Shown: piece by piece, positions 1-11,657 of the stretch | How the letters are laid out: every line of letters starts with the position of its first letter | How positions within the stretch are numbered: position 1 is the first letter of the stretch | Assembly: GCA_013265495.1 (NCBI GenBank) | Contig: MU058045.1 | Location: 903,986-967,985 of the forward strand | Direction of reading: 5' to 3' | Source: Vicugna vicugna | Taxonomy: Eukaryota | DNA: 64,000 nucleotides | Notes under the pieces: generated by a model | What the model was told of the DNA's origin: nothing | What the model saw: the letters and a program-made list of their open reading frames with translations, nothing else | Databases searched by the model: none | Program-made: the position numbers and the translations under genes

Positions 1-124
1 GCAGACACAGGTTGACACCTTGGTGTATGGCAATCAGGTATGGCCGGATGAGAACCGTCAGTCTTAAGATGTGGTGCATGATGTGCATCTGTGGGCCACC
101 TGAGAACCAGTCTGCCAAACATAA

Positions 125-230
125 CAGCATTTTCTATGGGGAAGTGTATTCCAGCATCCTTGAGTTCTAAGCAACCAACTCACTAATACAGTTTTGGAAC
201 CCATGCCCTTTGCAAACTGGCAAGTGGCTG
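125..230. mobile_element. Ancient Tc1/mariner (Tigger-group, MamRep137-like) DNA transposon end
   Basis: ttctatggggaagtgtattcc...ttggaacccatgcccttt...gtggctg followed by TA resembles a Tigger-type terminus recalled from consensus. Confidence 0.4.
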
Positions 231-1465
231 TAAGCCTCTAAAAAACAACTCTCACCTCCACCACCACTTCCTAAGGAGAAAATAGGAAAAGTGAACTTTG
301 GCAAGCTGACGGGAGTTGTGAAGATCATAGAAAATAGAAGGTAATTAGCGATGAAATAGGAATTTTAGACTACCTTTCCACCTCTTAACTAATAAATATA
401 CCGAGACAGAACTTGACAGTGAATTCTTTTGTTTTCTCAGGTCAGAACCTTTGAGAATCTCTGGAGAATAGATTTTCCACTCTCATTCTTTATTAACATA
501 GGAGAAATCCTTCAGAATGTCAAAATTCAGGATTTGGGATACTCGGACACTTTATCGACCTAAACGACAGCTTGTCTGGGTTCTGCTTAGTAGGGTGCAG
601 TTTAGCGGTTAGTGGATCCTACCTGAGAGGAATGGAAACAAATATCACGGGATAGAGGTGTGACCTTGAAGCCGTGTTTCAGCTGTATGTGCATACGTGT
701 GCGCGCATGTGTGTGTGAGAGAGAGCGGGGCAGAGACTGAGGCTGTCTCGTCTGCAGAGATGCAGTCCTTGGGGGCCTCGGGGCTGACCTCCATCACCCA
801 GTGAACGCTGGGCCTGTGAGATGACGACGTTCACACTGTCTCAGGGAGTCCTCTGTGCTTGGTAGAGCTCATGAAGCTGCACCATTTACCTGTCACTGAA
901 CCAGAAGGAAAAATGAAACCCTGCACTGCAGTTATTTTGCAAGTGTAACCAAAGGTAACATCTTAATAAATTAAAACTTTGATCGTAATGGATTATAATG
1001 ACACTTAAAAAAAAAGGGTTACTTTTCACCATGAAAACCGTCAGGGGGTGATGTTTAAAGTCCATGCGGTGCTTAATAGCTGGTAGCTAATACCATTATT
1101 AAGTGTGGTTATTAAGTGTAGAGCACCCCACCACCACCAATTTGAGGCACACGTCTTTGTTTTAATGACGGGAATCATGCCATTTATCATACAGATATTA
1201 ATAGTGTACATAATTTAAAAGTACTGTGGGTATATGAAATATGGTTAGTGAGGCTATTGAAAAGGAAGAACCTGGACCGGGGAGTGTGTGATAAATTAAG
1301 TTTTCGAGGTTTCGTAAAGGGTTGAATGATGACTCCCTAAAAGATACTTTCTCTCTGCCCAGCTGTGGATGACACAGTGTAGTGTTTCAGACAAAAAGCC
1401 AGCTGATTAGAAAGAACATATTGACAAGAGGCCAGATTTGCTCATTACTTATGCACAGGATTTGA

Positions 1466-1510
1466 AAAATAGACTTTCTCCCAGTCTATTTTTCATGGTT
1501 CCGTAGTCAG
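1466..1510 (+). repeat. 45-bp direct repeat, copy 1 (overlaps a 13-bp-stem inverted repeat at 1463-1495)
   Basis: aaaatagactttctcccagtctatttttcatggttccgtagtcag, identical to 2920-2964. Confidence 0.95.
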
Positions 1511-2919
1511 GACGGCGGCCTGCGTCCCGCCCCGTGGAGATCCTGATCGTTCATCAGTTTCAACCGCAGACGCCGCCTCATTCATGAATCTTTTCCTGTG
1601 CTTTCCCAGCCCGACGTGCTCGCTACATCCTTCACACTCCGCGGCCCCGTGCACCTCTCTTGTGTCCTGGAACATCCTTTATGTTGGCTTATTTATAGTT
1701 ATTTCTGAATTTGTTTTTTTCTCGACTGAATTTCCAACTCCGCCAGGGAAGAAGACGGTCGTATCTTACCCTCCTTGGAAGAGATACGAAGTACCTTGTA
1801 CGTAGGCAACGTTGAGAAAGATGTTTTGTTTGGGGGGTTGGCGCCTCAGTCAGTTTTACTTGTAACTTTGAAGAAGGTACACCGCAGATTCCCCAGTGAC
1901 CTGCCCGGATGCTCCTCTGAGCAAGCGGATACTGTCATGAGGGCTCGGTCCACAGTAGGGCAGGCTTGACCCAGAGGGAGGCGGAGTCAGGGTCCACAAA
2001 GCAGAGTTTCATGGTGGGAGAAGAAGGGATCAAGGGGAGGAGGGAGCTCCTATGTAGGCTGGGGGAAGAGGACCAGCCATTCTCCTCGAGGCAGGTCCAA
2101 CAGGAGGCCCCAGGCACACAGAGATCCCAGGGGCTGGAGAGTGTGAGGCAGGTCCATCTGGGCATCTCTAGTGGCTTGATAGTTGACAGGGGGCTTCAGC
2201 AACAAGCTCTGGGGACCTGACCAAAGGGAGCAGACTGGTTGGGACACCAAGCCAAGCCCCCATCTTACAGGGACCCAGAACAAAGCAGAAGCTTAAATCC
2301 CAGGGAACAGGGATCAGGCAGGCTCCTAACACTGGGGCACGAACAGCAAGGGCTTGGCGGGTGGAAAAGTGCCCTGCTGCTGAGTGCTGCTAATTGTCCC
2401 CTTGTCCAGGCTCAGGACTGGTACTCAGCTGGCTTCAAAACTTAGAGGATTACCTAGCCCGGGAGCCCGGGGGTTGCTGCAGTTGAGGGATGAGGAAAAA
2501 TACAGTCCCGGAGCAGTTCTTTCACAGGCTGTGGTAGGTGGCAGTCTTAGTTGATCAACACATCTGGAAAGTGTTTAGGGACCATCAGCATACACAGATG
2601 AACCCTGCCAACCCACCTGTCGTGGCTGCCTCATATGCTGAAGCCCCAGTCACCACTGTACCGAGCTCTGTGGAGGTGGAAGATTTGCAGCGACCTGTGT
2701 CTGACACGTACCGTATGCTTTTCGATAATAATCGGTGGAAAACTAGGATCAAATCCAGTCCATGACTGACATGGATGGCATCTGAAAAGATCATCTGGTG
2801 CAGTGTTCAGCTTTCTGGCTGATAGAAACCCAACCTGTGGTCGGAAGGTCTCTTTTTTTTCTTTGTAGGGTCACTGACCTGCGAGGGAATGTTAAAAAAG
2901 TGAAATCTCATTGAAAAAT

Positions 2920-2964
2920 AAAATAGACTTTCTCCCAGTCTATTTTTCATGGTTCCGTAGTCAG
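2920..2964 (+). repeat. 45-bp direct repeat, copy 2
   Basis: Identical to 1466-1510. Confidence 0.95.
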
Positions 2965-2987
2965 AACTCATCGGTTTTAAGACAGCA

Positions 2988-3077
2988 TTTTTGTTTGTTT
3001 TTATTGAAGTATAGTCGATTTACAATGCTTTGTTAATTTCTGGTATATAGAATGGTGATTCATTTTTACATACATAG
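2988..3077 (-). mobile_element. Short LINE-1 3'-end fragment (cetartiodactyl type)
   Basis: T-rich tail then ttattgaagtatagtcgatttacaatg...tttctggtatatag, the reverse complement of the L1 3' terminus seen at about 5100-5170. Confidence 0.7.
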
Positions 3078-3144
3078 TGGGTTTTTTTTTGATTTTTAAA
3101 GTTTTTCCTCTTTAAAAGCATAATATTTATTTGATTGCTTTTTC

Positions 3145-3289
3145 TTTTTAAAATTTTTAAAAGTTTTTTGAGGGGGGTAATTAGGGTTTTTAAAAATTTA
3201 TTTGTCTTTTTAATGGAGGTACTGGGGATTGAACCCAGGACCTCATGCCTGCGAGGCATGCATTCTACCACTAAGCTGTACCCTCCCCC
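3145..3289 (-). mobile_element. tRNA-Ala-derived SINE (camelid-type), 13-bp TSD
   Basis: Reverse-strand Pol III A/B boxes (agcttagtggtag / gggttcaatcccc); TSD tgattgctttttc at 3132-3144 and 3290-3302. Confidence 0.9.
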
Positions 3290-3783
3290 TGATTGCTTTT
3301 TCATTATCATGGGTAAATGCAGAGATTTATAAAGAATAAAAATAATTTCTTCATTTAGTTAACATCTTTTGACAGTGATAATAAATGCCTATAAAAGGCT
3401 AGAAACTTCAGACAGTACAGGAAGGTACAATATTTAATTAAGTGAAAGTTTTTTGTGATTCTTAGGGAAGTTTTAGGCAGATATGTGTGTATGTACTTAT
3501 TTATGGGTTATTCTTTAGGAAAAAGGGAGTATGTACTACGCGTATTATAATCCTTTGCCTTTTTAACCTAATCAGACCTGGAGAACTTCTGTATCAGCAT
3601 TTACCTGATTCTTCTGTGAGGAGGTGCATAGTATTATACAGTATGGATTTACTGTAATTACACCAGTCCTCTAATGATAGACATTTTGTTTCTAGCATTT
3701 TTCTGTTCTAAACAGTGCTGCAGTGACCATTAACAAGCTGATTCTCAAAACCACTGCTTCAGAAAGTCAAGGCATGTCTAATC

Positions 3784-4423
3784 CAGGGGTTGGCAAATTT
3801 TTTCAGGAAAGAGCCAAATAATAAATATTTTCAACTTTACATCAGGCCATACAGTCTCTGTTGCAACTCCTCACCTCTGCAGTCATACTGCAAAAGCAGC
3901 CCTAGTTGGATAAACAGATTGTGGTATGTATGTTGGAATATTACTTTGCCCTGAAAAATAGTAAAGTACTGATACATGCTATCACATGAATGAACCTCAA
4001 AAACGTTATGTCAAGTGAAAGAAGCCAGACACAAAGGTCACACAGTGTATGATTCCCTTTATATGAAATGCCTAGAATAGGCAAATATGTAGAGCCAGGA
4101 CTCAGATTGATGGTTGCCAGGGGCTGAGGAGGGGGGCTCAGTTGTAAGCAGGGTTTTCTTTTGGGGTGATGGAAGTGCTTTGGCACTAGGAGGCAGTGGT
4201 TGCTCAATTGTGAATGTACTAAATGCACTGAGTTGTTCACTTGAAAATGGTTAATTTTCTGTTATGTGACTTTCACCTCAATTTAAAAAAAAAAAGTTCA
4301 CACATCCGGGGGGGAAAAAATGTCAGCATAGTCAGTATGTGAGTGAGTGAGCATGGCTGTACTCTAGTCCATTATATTGTAAACTATATAGTAAGAGCAG
4401 GTGGACCAGATTTGCCACCCCTG
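3784..4423 (+). mobile_element. MER58A-like hAT-Charlie DNA transposon, split by an L1 insertion
   Basis: TIRs caggggttggcaaa / tttgccacccctg; degenerate 8-bp TSD gtctaatc (3776-3783) / atgtaatc (4424-4431); internal sequence matches MER58A as recalled. Confidence 0.8.
3906..4294 (+). mobile_element. Old LINE-1 (L1MB-like) 3' end nested in MER58
   Basis: ggataaacagattgtgg...atgaacctcaaaaacgttatg...gaaagaagccagacacaaagg, ending in an A-tract at about 4285-4294. Confidence 0.85.
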
Positions 4424-4556
4424 ATGTAATCTGAAAAATAATTTCAATAGTAACGTGAAGGTTGGATTAGGTCAGGATTAGGTAGGTGTAGGGGTTTGGG
4501 TAGGTGTGAGGACGTGAGATGGAGAAGCTAGTAAGGAGGCTTTACCGTGGTCCAAC

Positions 4557-4670
4557 AGCATTTCTTCACTTTGGGGGAGGTCAGAGACTCTGAGGGGCTA
4601 GTGACCCTATAGACCCTTCATCCCCTCAAATTTATTTATGTGCACACACATATGTTTTGCCTGTAAAAAT
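4557..4670. mobile_element. MER103-like hAT fragment interrupted by L1
   Basis: Degenerate resemblance to MER103 (ggtcagagactctgag...ctatagaccct...tgcacacacatatgttttgc). Confidence 0.4.
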
Positions 4671-4677
4671 ACCGGTT

Positions 4678-5173
4678 CAGAGATGAGTGGATAAAGAAGA
4701 TGTGTATGTACACACAATGGAATACTACTCAGCCATAAAAAGGAATGAAATAATGTCATTGGCAGCAACATGGATGGACCTAGAGATTATCGTACTAAAT
4801 GAATTAAGTCAGTCTGAGAAAGACAAATGTCATGTGATACCATTTATATGTGGAATCCCAAAAAATGACACAAATGAACTTATTCACAAAATAGGAGCAG
4901 ACTCACAGACATAGAAAATAAACTTAAGGTTACAAGGGTGGGCTGAGGGGAGGGAAGGATAAATTGAGAGTTTGGGATTGTCAGATACAAATTACTACGT
5001 ACAGAATAGATATACAACAAGGTCCTTCTGTATAGCACAGGGAACTATATTCAATGGCTTGTAGTAACCTGTAATGAAAAAGAGTGTGTGTGTGTGTGTG
5101 TATAACTGGATCACTATGCTGCACACCAGAAACTAACACAACATTGTAAGTCAACTAGACTTCAGTTGTTAAA
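4678..5173 (+). mobile_element. 5'-truncated LINE-1: ORF2 C-terminus plus 3' UTR
   Basis: ORF 4687-4914 gives TMEYYSAIKRNEIMSLAATWMDLEIIVLNELSQ, the L1 ORF2p C-terminal motif. It is followed by a typical 3' UTR with an internal (GT)n at 5084-5101. Confidence 0.93.
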
Positions 5174-7587
5174 AGATGGGGAAGGCATGCCTGTTCGCAA
5201 TCCCATGCCCTGGTTGGAGAGGACGAAGAGCTGAGACTCTCAGAGAGTGGCAATGAGGATGTGGGGGGTCCAGGGTTCTGAGAAGGTCAGGTTCTGTAGA
5301 AGAGTCAGTAGGATGAAGACTGGGAAGAAGCCACTGGGATTCTCAGCTCCTTGGTTTATCTCAGTGTCCCTGGAGTAACGGGACTGCAAGCCTGGTTGTG
5401 ATGGGGTGAGAGTAAGTGAAGATTCCGGTGAGTGAAGGTGGGCAGCAGCCCTGTAGACCAACTTCTCAAGAGAGTTGGCATTAAGGGAAGGAAAGAACCT
5501 TCAAAAGCGTGAGTCTGAGGGCTAAACTTTCATACAAAGTGAAAGATGGGAGCATGTCTGCCGGCTGAGGAGGGAGCCGTCTTCATCTCGAAGGTGCAGG
5601 AGAGTAAGCTATGGGTGGAGCAGCGTCCAAAGAAGGGGGTATATTGGGGTCAGCAGACAGGGGGCAGACCCTCCTTAGAGGAGAGAGGACATGTGGGCAT
5701 GTAGAGGTGGGAGCGCTCAGCAGAGCGTTTTCCTGAAGGACATCTCTCTTCTCTGAAATCACTGCCAAGAGCACCTGCTGAGGGTCAGAAAGGAGGTGGA
5801 CGTGGGCTCAGGGGCTTAAGAGAACTGCAGAAGTCTGGGGCAGCCGCTGGGGCAGGGGTAGCCGAGAGGACAGTTGGTGGGTTCCCAGGACCCAGTCAGC
5901 CAACAGACGATGGCTGCACATGTGCCGCGGGGTTACCTGTCCGAGGACACTCAATGCCTGTTCTTAGATGCTTTTCTAACTTCTCATCAAGAAGGCTGTG
6001 AGAGAGAACATGAAAATTGTTACTAATTCCTCATCCACGCACCCCAACAGTCTTATTCCAGCCGGGGGTTCGGCGGGTTGGTTCATACTGGTTTAATTTC
6101 CCTACACAGGACCACGAGGGGTTAGTCAGTGGACAGCAGGGCAGCCTTCACGCAACTGTGGAGAAGTTAATCTGCTCTCAGACAAAAGATGATTCCTAAT
6201 CCACACACAGGTCATTCCTGTCTGTCTGGAGTCTTTGTGAATCCTGCGAGGTTTAGCAGCTAGAGTGGACGTGTGTTCCTCTTACCTCTCTCCCTCCTCC
6301 AGTTTTGTTTTTGTTTTAGCAAAAACCAGGTTCTGTAAGAGTGACAGAGAGGTCTGTGAGCTCAGAAAACTCAGTCTTCCCAGTGGGGGTGTGAGTGGCT
6401 CTTTCATTTCAGGGTGAGACCTGAGGCCGTGGCCTGTTTACAGCCCAGCAACCAACTCTCTGGCAGCAGAACGGTTTCTGGTACCCAGCGTGTGCAGCCC
6501 TGGCGTTCTTGGACAGAGCGTCCTGATCCTGGAACCTGTTTGTTATCCCTGTTGCTGCTGGAATTCAACTTTCTACTTTCCTCCTGTGAATGATCTCAGC
6601 TGATGCCACATATTTCCTGGAATCCGTGGTGCACCCCCCTTATTAAAAAGGTGATCAATTATGAATAAGCTTTTGGAAAGTAAGACAGACCCTGTTAGCA
6701 CTCAAGACAATTCTCAGTGAAAACATTTCCCCATTTTCCAGAAAACTGAGAAGAAGGTGGTAAAAGAGCCAGCTCCTAGGAGGAAATAGTTTGTTGTGTT
6801 TTATTTCTTAAATAAATCCTCTTGGCTTTGTCTTCCCTGGTATAGCTCTAGAACCGTCTCCTGATGGAGATTTGTCCTATGCTTTCTTTTTTTTAGTACC
6901 TCATTTTTCTTTAGAATAATTTGTAGTATTGACTCAATTCTTAGAACTCGCTGAAAAAGTTTTCGCTACTTCGTGGAGGAATGGTCAGTTTGATCCACTA
7001 TGCTGTGAAAACTATTTTTCCTTTTCCAAATAAATTCTTTATTTAAAAGATAGATGTTTCTCTCTGGGGGAAAAAAGAGAGTATCTCCATTCAGATTGCT
7101 GTTTTAGATTCTGCAGCCATAGCTAATAAACTTTGATTTAGTGTAAAAAAAATGCAAAGAGCCATGATAGCTGTCACAGGAGGTGAAAAGAAGTGTCTGA
7201 TGCTGTTATTTCTATCAAGAAACCTTAGTGCAGCAAGGGATTTGGGGTTAGATTGAGGGCTCCTACCTGAAAAGGAACGTGTAATCAGCCATACGTGCTG
7301 AGCTCCTGCTGTGTGCCTCATGGTGTAGTTGACAGCGGGGGTGTTGGAGAGAATTATCAGTCAGGGTCTGAAGCTTCCAAAAGGAAGCATTACGGTCAGG
7401 GAGGGAGGACTAGTACACACATTAAAAAAAGCAGCGCATGATGCAGGACTGTATGATTAAGCACGAAATCGCATTGGTACCTTAAGTTAAAACAAGGTTG
7501 CTGTGGCTAGGCAGCCAAGATCATGGATTAGAGCGAAGACCTTACGCGGAGTGAAAGGTGAGTGCATAGGTACCCACGTTATCTGGG

Positions 7588-8579
7588 TCCGTGATTCTCA
7601 ATTTTTGCTGCATACTAGCATCTCCTGGGGAGCTTTTAGAATCCTGGTGTCCAGGCTGCACCCAATACCAACAAGAGGTTTTTCCTTCTGACACCAAATA
7701 GGCGGAGTTCTCAAATTCTCTAACCCGACACCCAGTGGCTGTCCTCCACAGTTCACTTCTAACACTCATGAACATCAGACCCCACGGGTTTAAGGGATCA
7801 GTCCCACAAGACTCCTCACTTAAGACGCTAATTACAAGTATCAGGTCCCCAGGTGACCAGCACTTCTGTCCAGCTTGACTTCCAGTTTGGGGGTCTCTGT
7901 AACGCCTACCCACTCACGTTTGATGATTTGCTGGAAGAACGCACCGAACTCAGGAAGATGCTGTTGCTATTAGAGTTTATTGTCAGGATGCAGGTGGAGA
8001 GCCAGATGAAGTGGTTCACAGGGTGAGGTTTGGCGGGGTCCCGAGCACAGGAGCCTCTGTCCCCATGGAGTCGGAGTTGGCGGTACATCTCCCTCCCGGC
8101 GTGTGGCTGTATCTGCCAGTCTGGAATCTCTCCGAGCCCCGCTGTTCAGGGGTTTTTATGGAGGCTCCGTTATGTAAGCTTGATTGACGAAATCACTGGT
8201 GATTCAGCTTAATCTCCCACCCCGCCTCCCACTTCCTAGAGTAGGACTGAAAGTTCCAGTCCTCTAATCACAAGGTTCCTGCTGGCGACCAGCCCCCATC
8301 CTGAAGCTGTCCAGGGGCCACCCAGAGTCACCGCTTTCGCAGAAACTCACGTGTGGTTGAAAGAAGCTTGTTACGAATAACAGAAGACACTCCTATCACT
8401 AAGGAAATCCCAAGGGTTTTAGGAACTCTGTGCCAGAGACCGGGGACAGAAACCAAATGTATTCTTTATTATACTACAGCTAATTCAGTCAGGATTTATG
8501 GAGTAGGCACCAGGCATCTTTATTTTTAAAGCTCCCCCAGGTGACTCCAGCGTGTGCAGCCAAGTTTGAGCAGCATTGT
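7588..8579. mobile_element. MER5A-like hAT element split into two halves (about 7588-7670 and 8479-8579) by a MER21 LTR
   Basis: gtgattctcaa...catctcctggggagctttta on the left; aaagctcccccaggtgactcc...agccaagtttgagcagcattg on the right. Confidence 0.7.
7671..8478 (-). mobile_element. MER21-family (ERVL) solo LTR
   Basis: Minus strand starts TGTAGTATAATAAAGAATACATTTGGTTTCTGTCCCCGGTCTCTGGCACAGAGTTCCTAAAACCCTTGG, matching the MER21 LTR 5' end as recalled; length about 800 bp. Confidence 0.85.
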
Positions 8580-8586
8580 TCTCAGG

Positions 8587-8740
8587 CAGTGGTTTTAAAT
8601 GCTGAGTGTCAAAGACAAAAAAGCCTTAGCCCTGCTTCCAGTCCAATAAAATCAGCCTCTGAGCATGAGGCCGGGGGACGGCGTACCTTCAAAGAGCCCC
8701 GGGTGCTTCTGCTATGCACCCCGGCCTGGGAAGCCCGTCT
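8587..8740. mobile_element. Second MER5-like hAT element
   Basis: cagtggttttaaa...ccaataaaatcagcctctg...ccccgggtgcttctg. Confidence 0.5.
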
Positions 8741-8744
8741 AAGG

Positions 8745-9225
8745 CAGTGGTGACACTGGATGTGGCTCCAGAGAGACTGGGAGATACGGAACCAGATCCC
8801 TAGGGAGAGGACCACCTAGAGTTGTGGGTCATAGTCAAGTGGTCAGTAAATCCAGGAGGGTCATTACTGTTGCCAACAAGAGGGGCCCAGGACAAGGACT
8901 GGGCAAACCCCAAGGGGAGGAAAGGGGCTGGCGTGGGAGTTAGAGGTCTAAGGCAGAGAGGCGGGTAGTAGGTTATCATGAGATTCACAGGGGAGAGGTG
9001 GGCGACGTGCTTGAGAAGCCATGGAGGGACGTGGACGGTGAGGAGGAAGAGACGCCACTGCTCTTGGAATGACTGTGTCTCAAGGTGGTTGACAAGGGAC
9101 CTGTTTCATGACAGTATGTTGAGGTAGAAGCCAGGTTTGGCTCCTTACCTGAAGAGGCCACTGATGTCCCAGGGGTGGACCCGGGGTGCCAGGAAGTCAG
9201 TGAAAGGTCAGTGAAAGGAAGGTGC
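8745..9225 (-). mobile_element. Degenerate LINE-2 fragment
   Basis: Purine-rich L2-like motifs (gagttgtgggtcatag, ggacaaggactgggcaaacccc, gacagtatgttgaggtagaagccag). Confidence 0.5.
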
Positions 9226-10061
9226 CGATGGGACAGGGGAGAACTCAAGTGAAGGGTCCTGAGGTTTCGTTTATCATGAGATTCAGACAGAAGGCGAGGA
9301 ACCCAGACGGGTGAGCGTCTAAAGGCAGCAGGCGAGGTGCCTGGAGAGAGAGAAAGGAGGAGAAGGAAGATGGAGTTAGAGGCTGTGCCCCACCAGCCTT
9401 GCCACAGGTCTGTGTGGAGGTCTCCGGTCCTTCCTCAGGCTGTGGGCCTGGGCAGCTGCAGAATCCAGGCATCAGGAGCTGTGTGCTGTGACGGCGAGGC
9501 CCGAACACGACTGAACAGATTTGCGCCTCGCTGGTTGTCACGGCCGACCCTGGTTAGAGCTGTGACGCGCTGGGCGCGAACTGTAGTTCGGATCGAGCAC
9601 TTCAGAAGTACCGATAGCATGTCTGCTGCGTAAACCCGGCTTCAAGCCGGCCACCTCACCTGAACTGTGGCTGCAGGACCAGAGCCTGCCCTTGAACCCT
9701 GTTACCCGTGCACAGAGAGGCAAGTACGGCCATCGATGTAGGAACATGGCATTTTGGCATCGCCACAACATCAAATGCTCTACTAGTGGGCTTGCATTTT
9801 GTGGATTTAAAAAAAACGTCATCTTACTTGTAATTCATTTTCTATTGTATTTGTAAAAGCATCGGTCTGTGACACACTGGAAATTAGAACATTTTTAAAA
9901 ATCCTACACCACAGGGAGTGTGAGAGGCAGAGTCCTGGCCCCTCGCCTCCAACCCCACTGATGCTGTCACGTCTCTTCTGTGGAAATGCTGTAGCTGCCA
10001 CTTCATCTCTAGGAATCTGTGCTGGATTTTCATCACTTCTTGGGTGTTGGCATTTGCTTCC

Positions 10062-10138
10062 ATGGATGGATGGATGGATGGATGGAAAAGTTAGGAGGAA
10101 GGAGGGATAGGAGGAAGAGAGGGAGGAAAGGAAGGAAG
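10062..10138 (+). repeat. (GGAT)n microsatellite followed by a purine-rich low-complexity tract
   Basis: atggatggatggatggatggatgga then ggaggaaggagggataggaggaagag... Confidence 0.9.
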
Positions 10139-10894
10139 CACGTCCTTGCAGTCCCTGCAGGCTCCTGCTGTCGGGGTGAACACAGGCACGGCCCTCTGTC
10201 CATGCGGGCAGCCCGGTCCCCACAGCCGCCCCCAGCCCTGCCTTCACGCAGGTGCTCTTGTCCTTGGGTGCTTTGTATTCATCTATTTCATTTCATTCAG
10301 CAAGTACTCCCTGGAGAGATGTGGTGCTGGGCTAGTTTGAAACACTGGAACTTGGTGGTGGTTCCCATAGGACTGAGGCTTGTGTTTTTGGGCCTGGGGA
10401 GTGCCGTGGCCAAGGCAGATGAGAACAGTAAAGAAGACAGTGGAGAGACAAAGGTTGCCTTTCGAAACCCACACATCAGGTCCGTGGGATTACAGTTCGA
10501 TGTTCAGGAAGCCCCCTTCTGGGTGCTCGAATGTGAGGAACTTCCAGGTCTCCAGGAGCAGGTCCCCAGCCCAGGCCAGGCACAGCTGTACTCCCGAGAT
10601 CACAGCTCCGCACCTCCCCGGCCTCCTGGCCACCCTGACCTTTGGACGGTGCTCACGGGTTTATTCACAGAAACAGCAGAGGGGTTTGCGCTGCCATTTT
10701 CTCTATCTCCAGGGAACAGATCCATGGAGCCCTGGTCAGTCTGCCCATGAACAGAGAGCTTCTCACTGTGCCATGTGGGGTGAGTTCCATTCCCCACGGT
10801 CCCTCCTCCCTGAGCTTACACCCCTGGCCCAGTTCAGCTCCCATTCCTTCCCGGAACTCGTGCACAGCCTGCTGTCTGCTCTGCTTTGTGTGGG

Positions 10895-11001
10895 CTAGAC
10901 TGGACACTTCCTGAGGGCAGGGGTTGTGTCTGCCCCGTCATTCGGGTATTCCTGGACCTCTGTCCGGTGTCTGACGCATAGTGGGTGTCCAGCACTGTTT
11001 G
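10895..11001 (+). mobile_element. LINE-2 3' end
   Basis: ctagactg...cttcctgagggcagggg...gtgtctgacgcatagtgggtgtccagcactgtttg, the typical L2 3' terminus. Confidence 0.65.
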
Positions 11002-11348
11002 TCCTCTTGTCATTTTCTCTTCCTAAAGCAAATGTCTGATCATGCCCGAAGCTCTCCACCTCGTCCACACCTGAGTCGGCGGGTCAGCTGCTCTCAGGTG
11101 GCTTCTGCCGGCTTCTGTCGAGTCAGGTTTGCATGCAGAGAGCTCTCTGAACAAATGTATATTTTGACAAAGACTGTCAAAATGCTGCAGGAAAGTGGAG
11201 CTCTGAGATAACACCTCATTGCCCCCGTGAAGCATGCATCGGTTACGGTGGTCAGCGGCATAGAGGAGAGAGCCTGGGTGTTAGGTGATGCGAGGGAAGT
11301 GTGCCATTTCAGGGCTAACCTCCACTCTGCTTGATTTAAAATAATTTG

Positions 11349-11449
11349 TGGGTGGGGAGTGGGTATAGCTCAGTGGTAGAGCACGTGCTTAGCATGCATG
11401 AGGTCTTGGGTTCAACTCCCAGGACCTCCATTAAAAAATAAATAAAATG
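11349..11449 (+). mobile_element. tRNA-Ala-derived SINE (short-tail form), 10-bp TSD
   Basis: gggtatagctcagtggtagagcacgtgcttagcatgcatgaggtcttgggttcaactccc; TSD aaataatttg at 11339-11348 and 11450-11459, at a TTT/AAAA endonuclease site. Confidence 0.92.
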
Positions 11450-11492
11450 AAATAATTTGCAGAGTTTGGTGCTGTGATTAGTTACAGATCAC

Positions 11493-11645
11493 CTTTTTTT
11501 TAAATTTTGGGGTTTTTTGTTTGCAAAGGGAGGTAATTAGGTTGGTTGGTTTGGTTTTGAATGGAGGTACTAGGGATCAAATCCAGGACCTTGTGCATGA
11601 TGCTAAGCATGGACTCTACCACTGAGCTATATACCCTTCCCCGCG
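11493..11645 (-). mobile_element. tRNA-Ala-derived SINE (long-tail form), 12-bp TSD
   Basis: Reverse-complement SINE head; TSD gttacagatcac at 11481-11492 and 11646-11657. Confidence 0.92.
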
Positions 11646-11657
11646 GTTACAGATCAC

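Noticed and set aside
1466..2964. CRISPR-like or terminator-like reading of the hairpin repeat
   Set aside because: Only two copies, 1.4 kb apart, in mammalian intronic DNA; no array and no cas genes.
4460..4510. Telomere-like ggattagg/gggtttggg stretch
   Set aside because: No run of true TTAGGG units; simple G/T-rich low complexity.
4687..4914. ORF with protein-like composition
   Set aside because: C-terminal remnant of L1 ORF2p in a truncated element, not a host gene.
10019..10750. 243-aa ORF, the longest in the window
   Set aside because: Open because of the (GGAT)n and purine-rich low-complexity tract and high GC; non-ATG start and no homology recognised.
11355..11430. Apparent tRNA-Ala(AGC) gene (also at 61739-61813 and other copies)
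   Set aside because: Imperfect acceptor stem, A-rich tail and TSDs identify these as SINEs, not tRNA genes.
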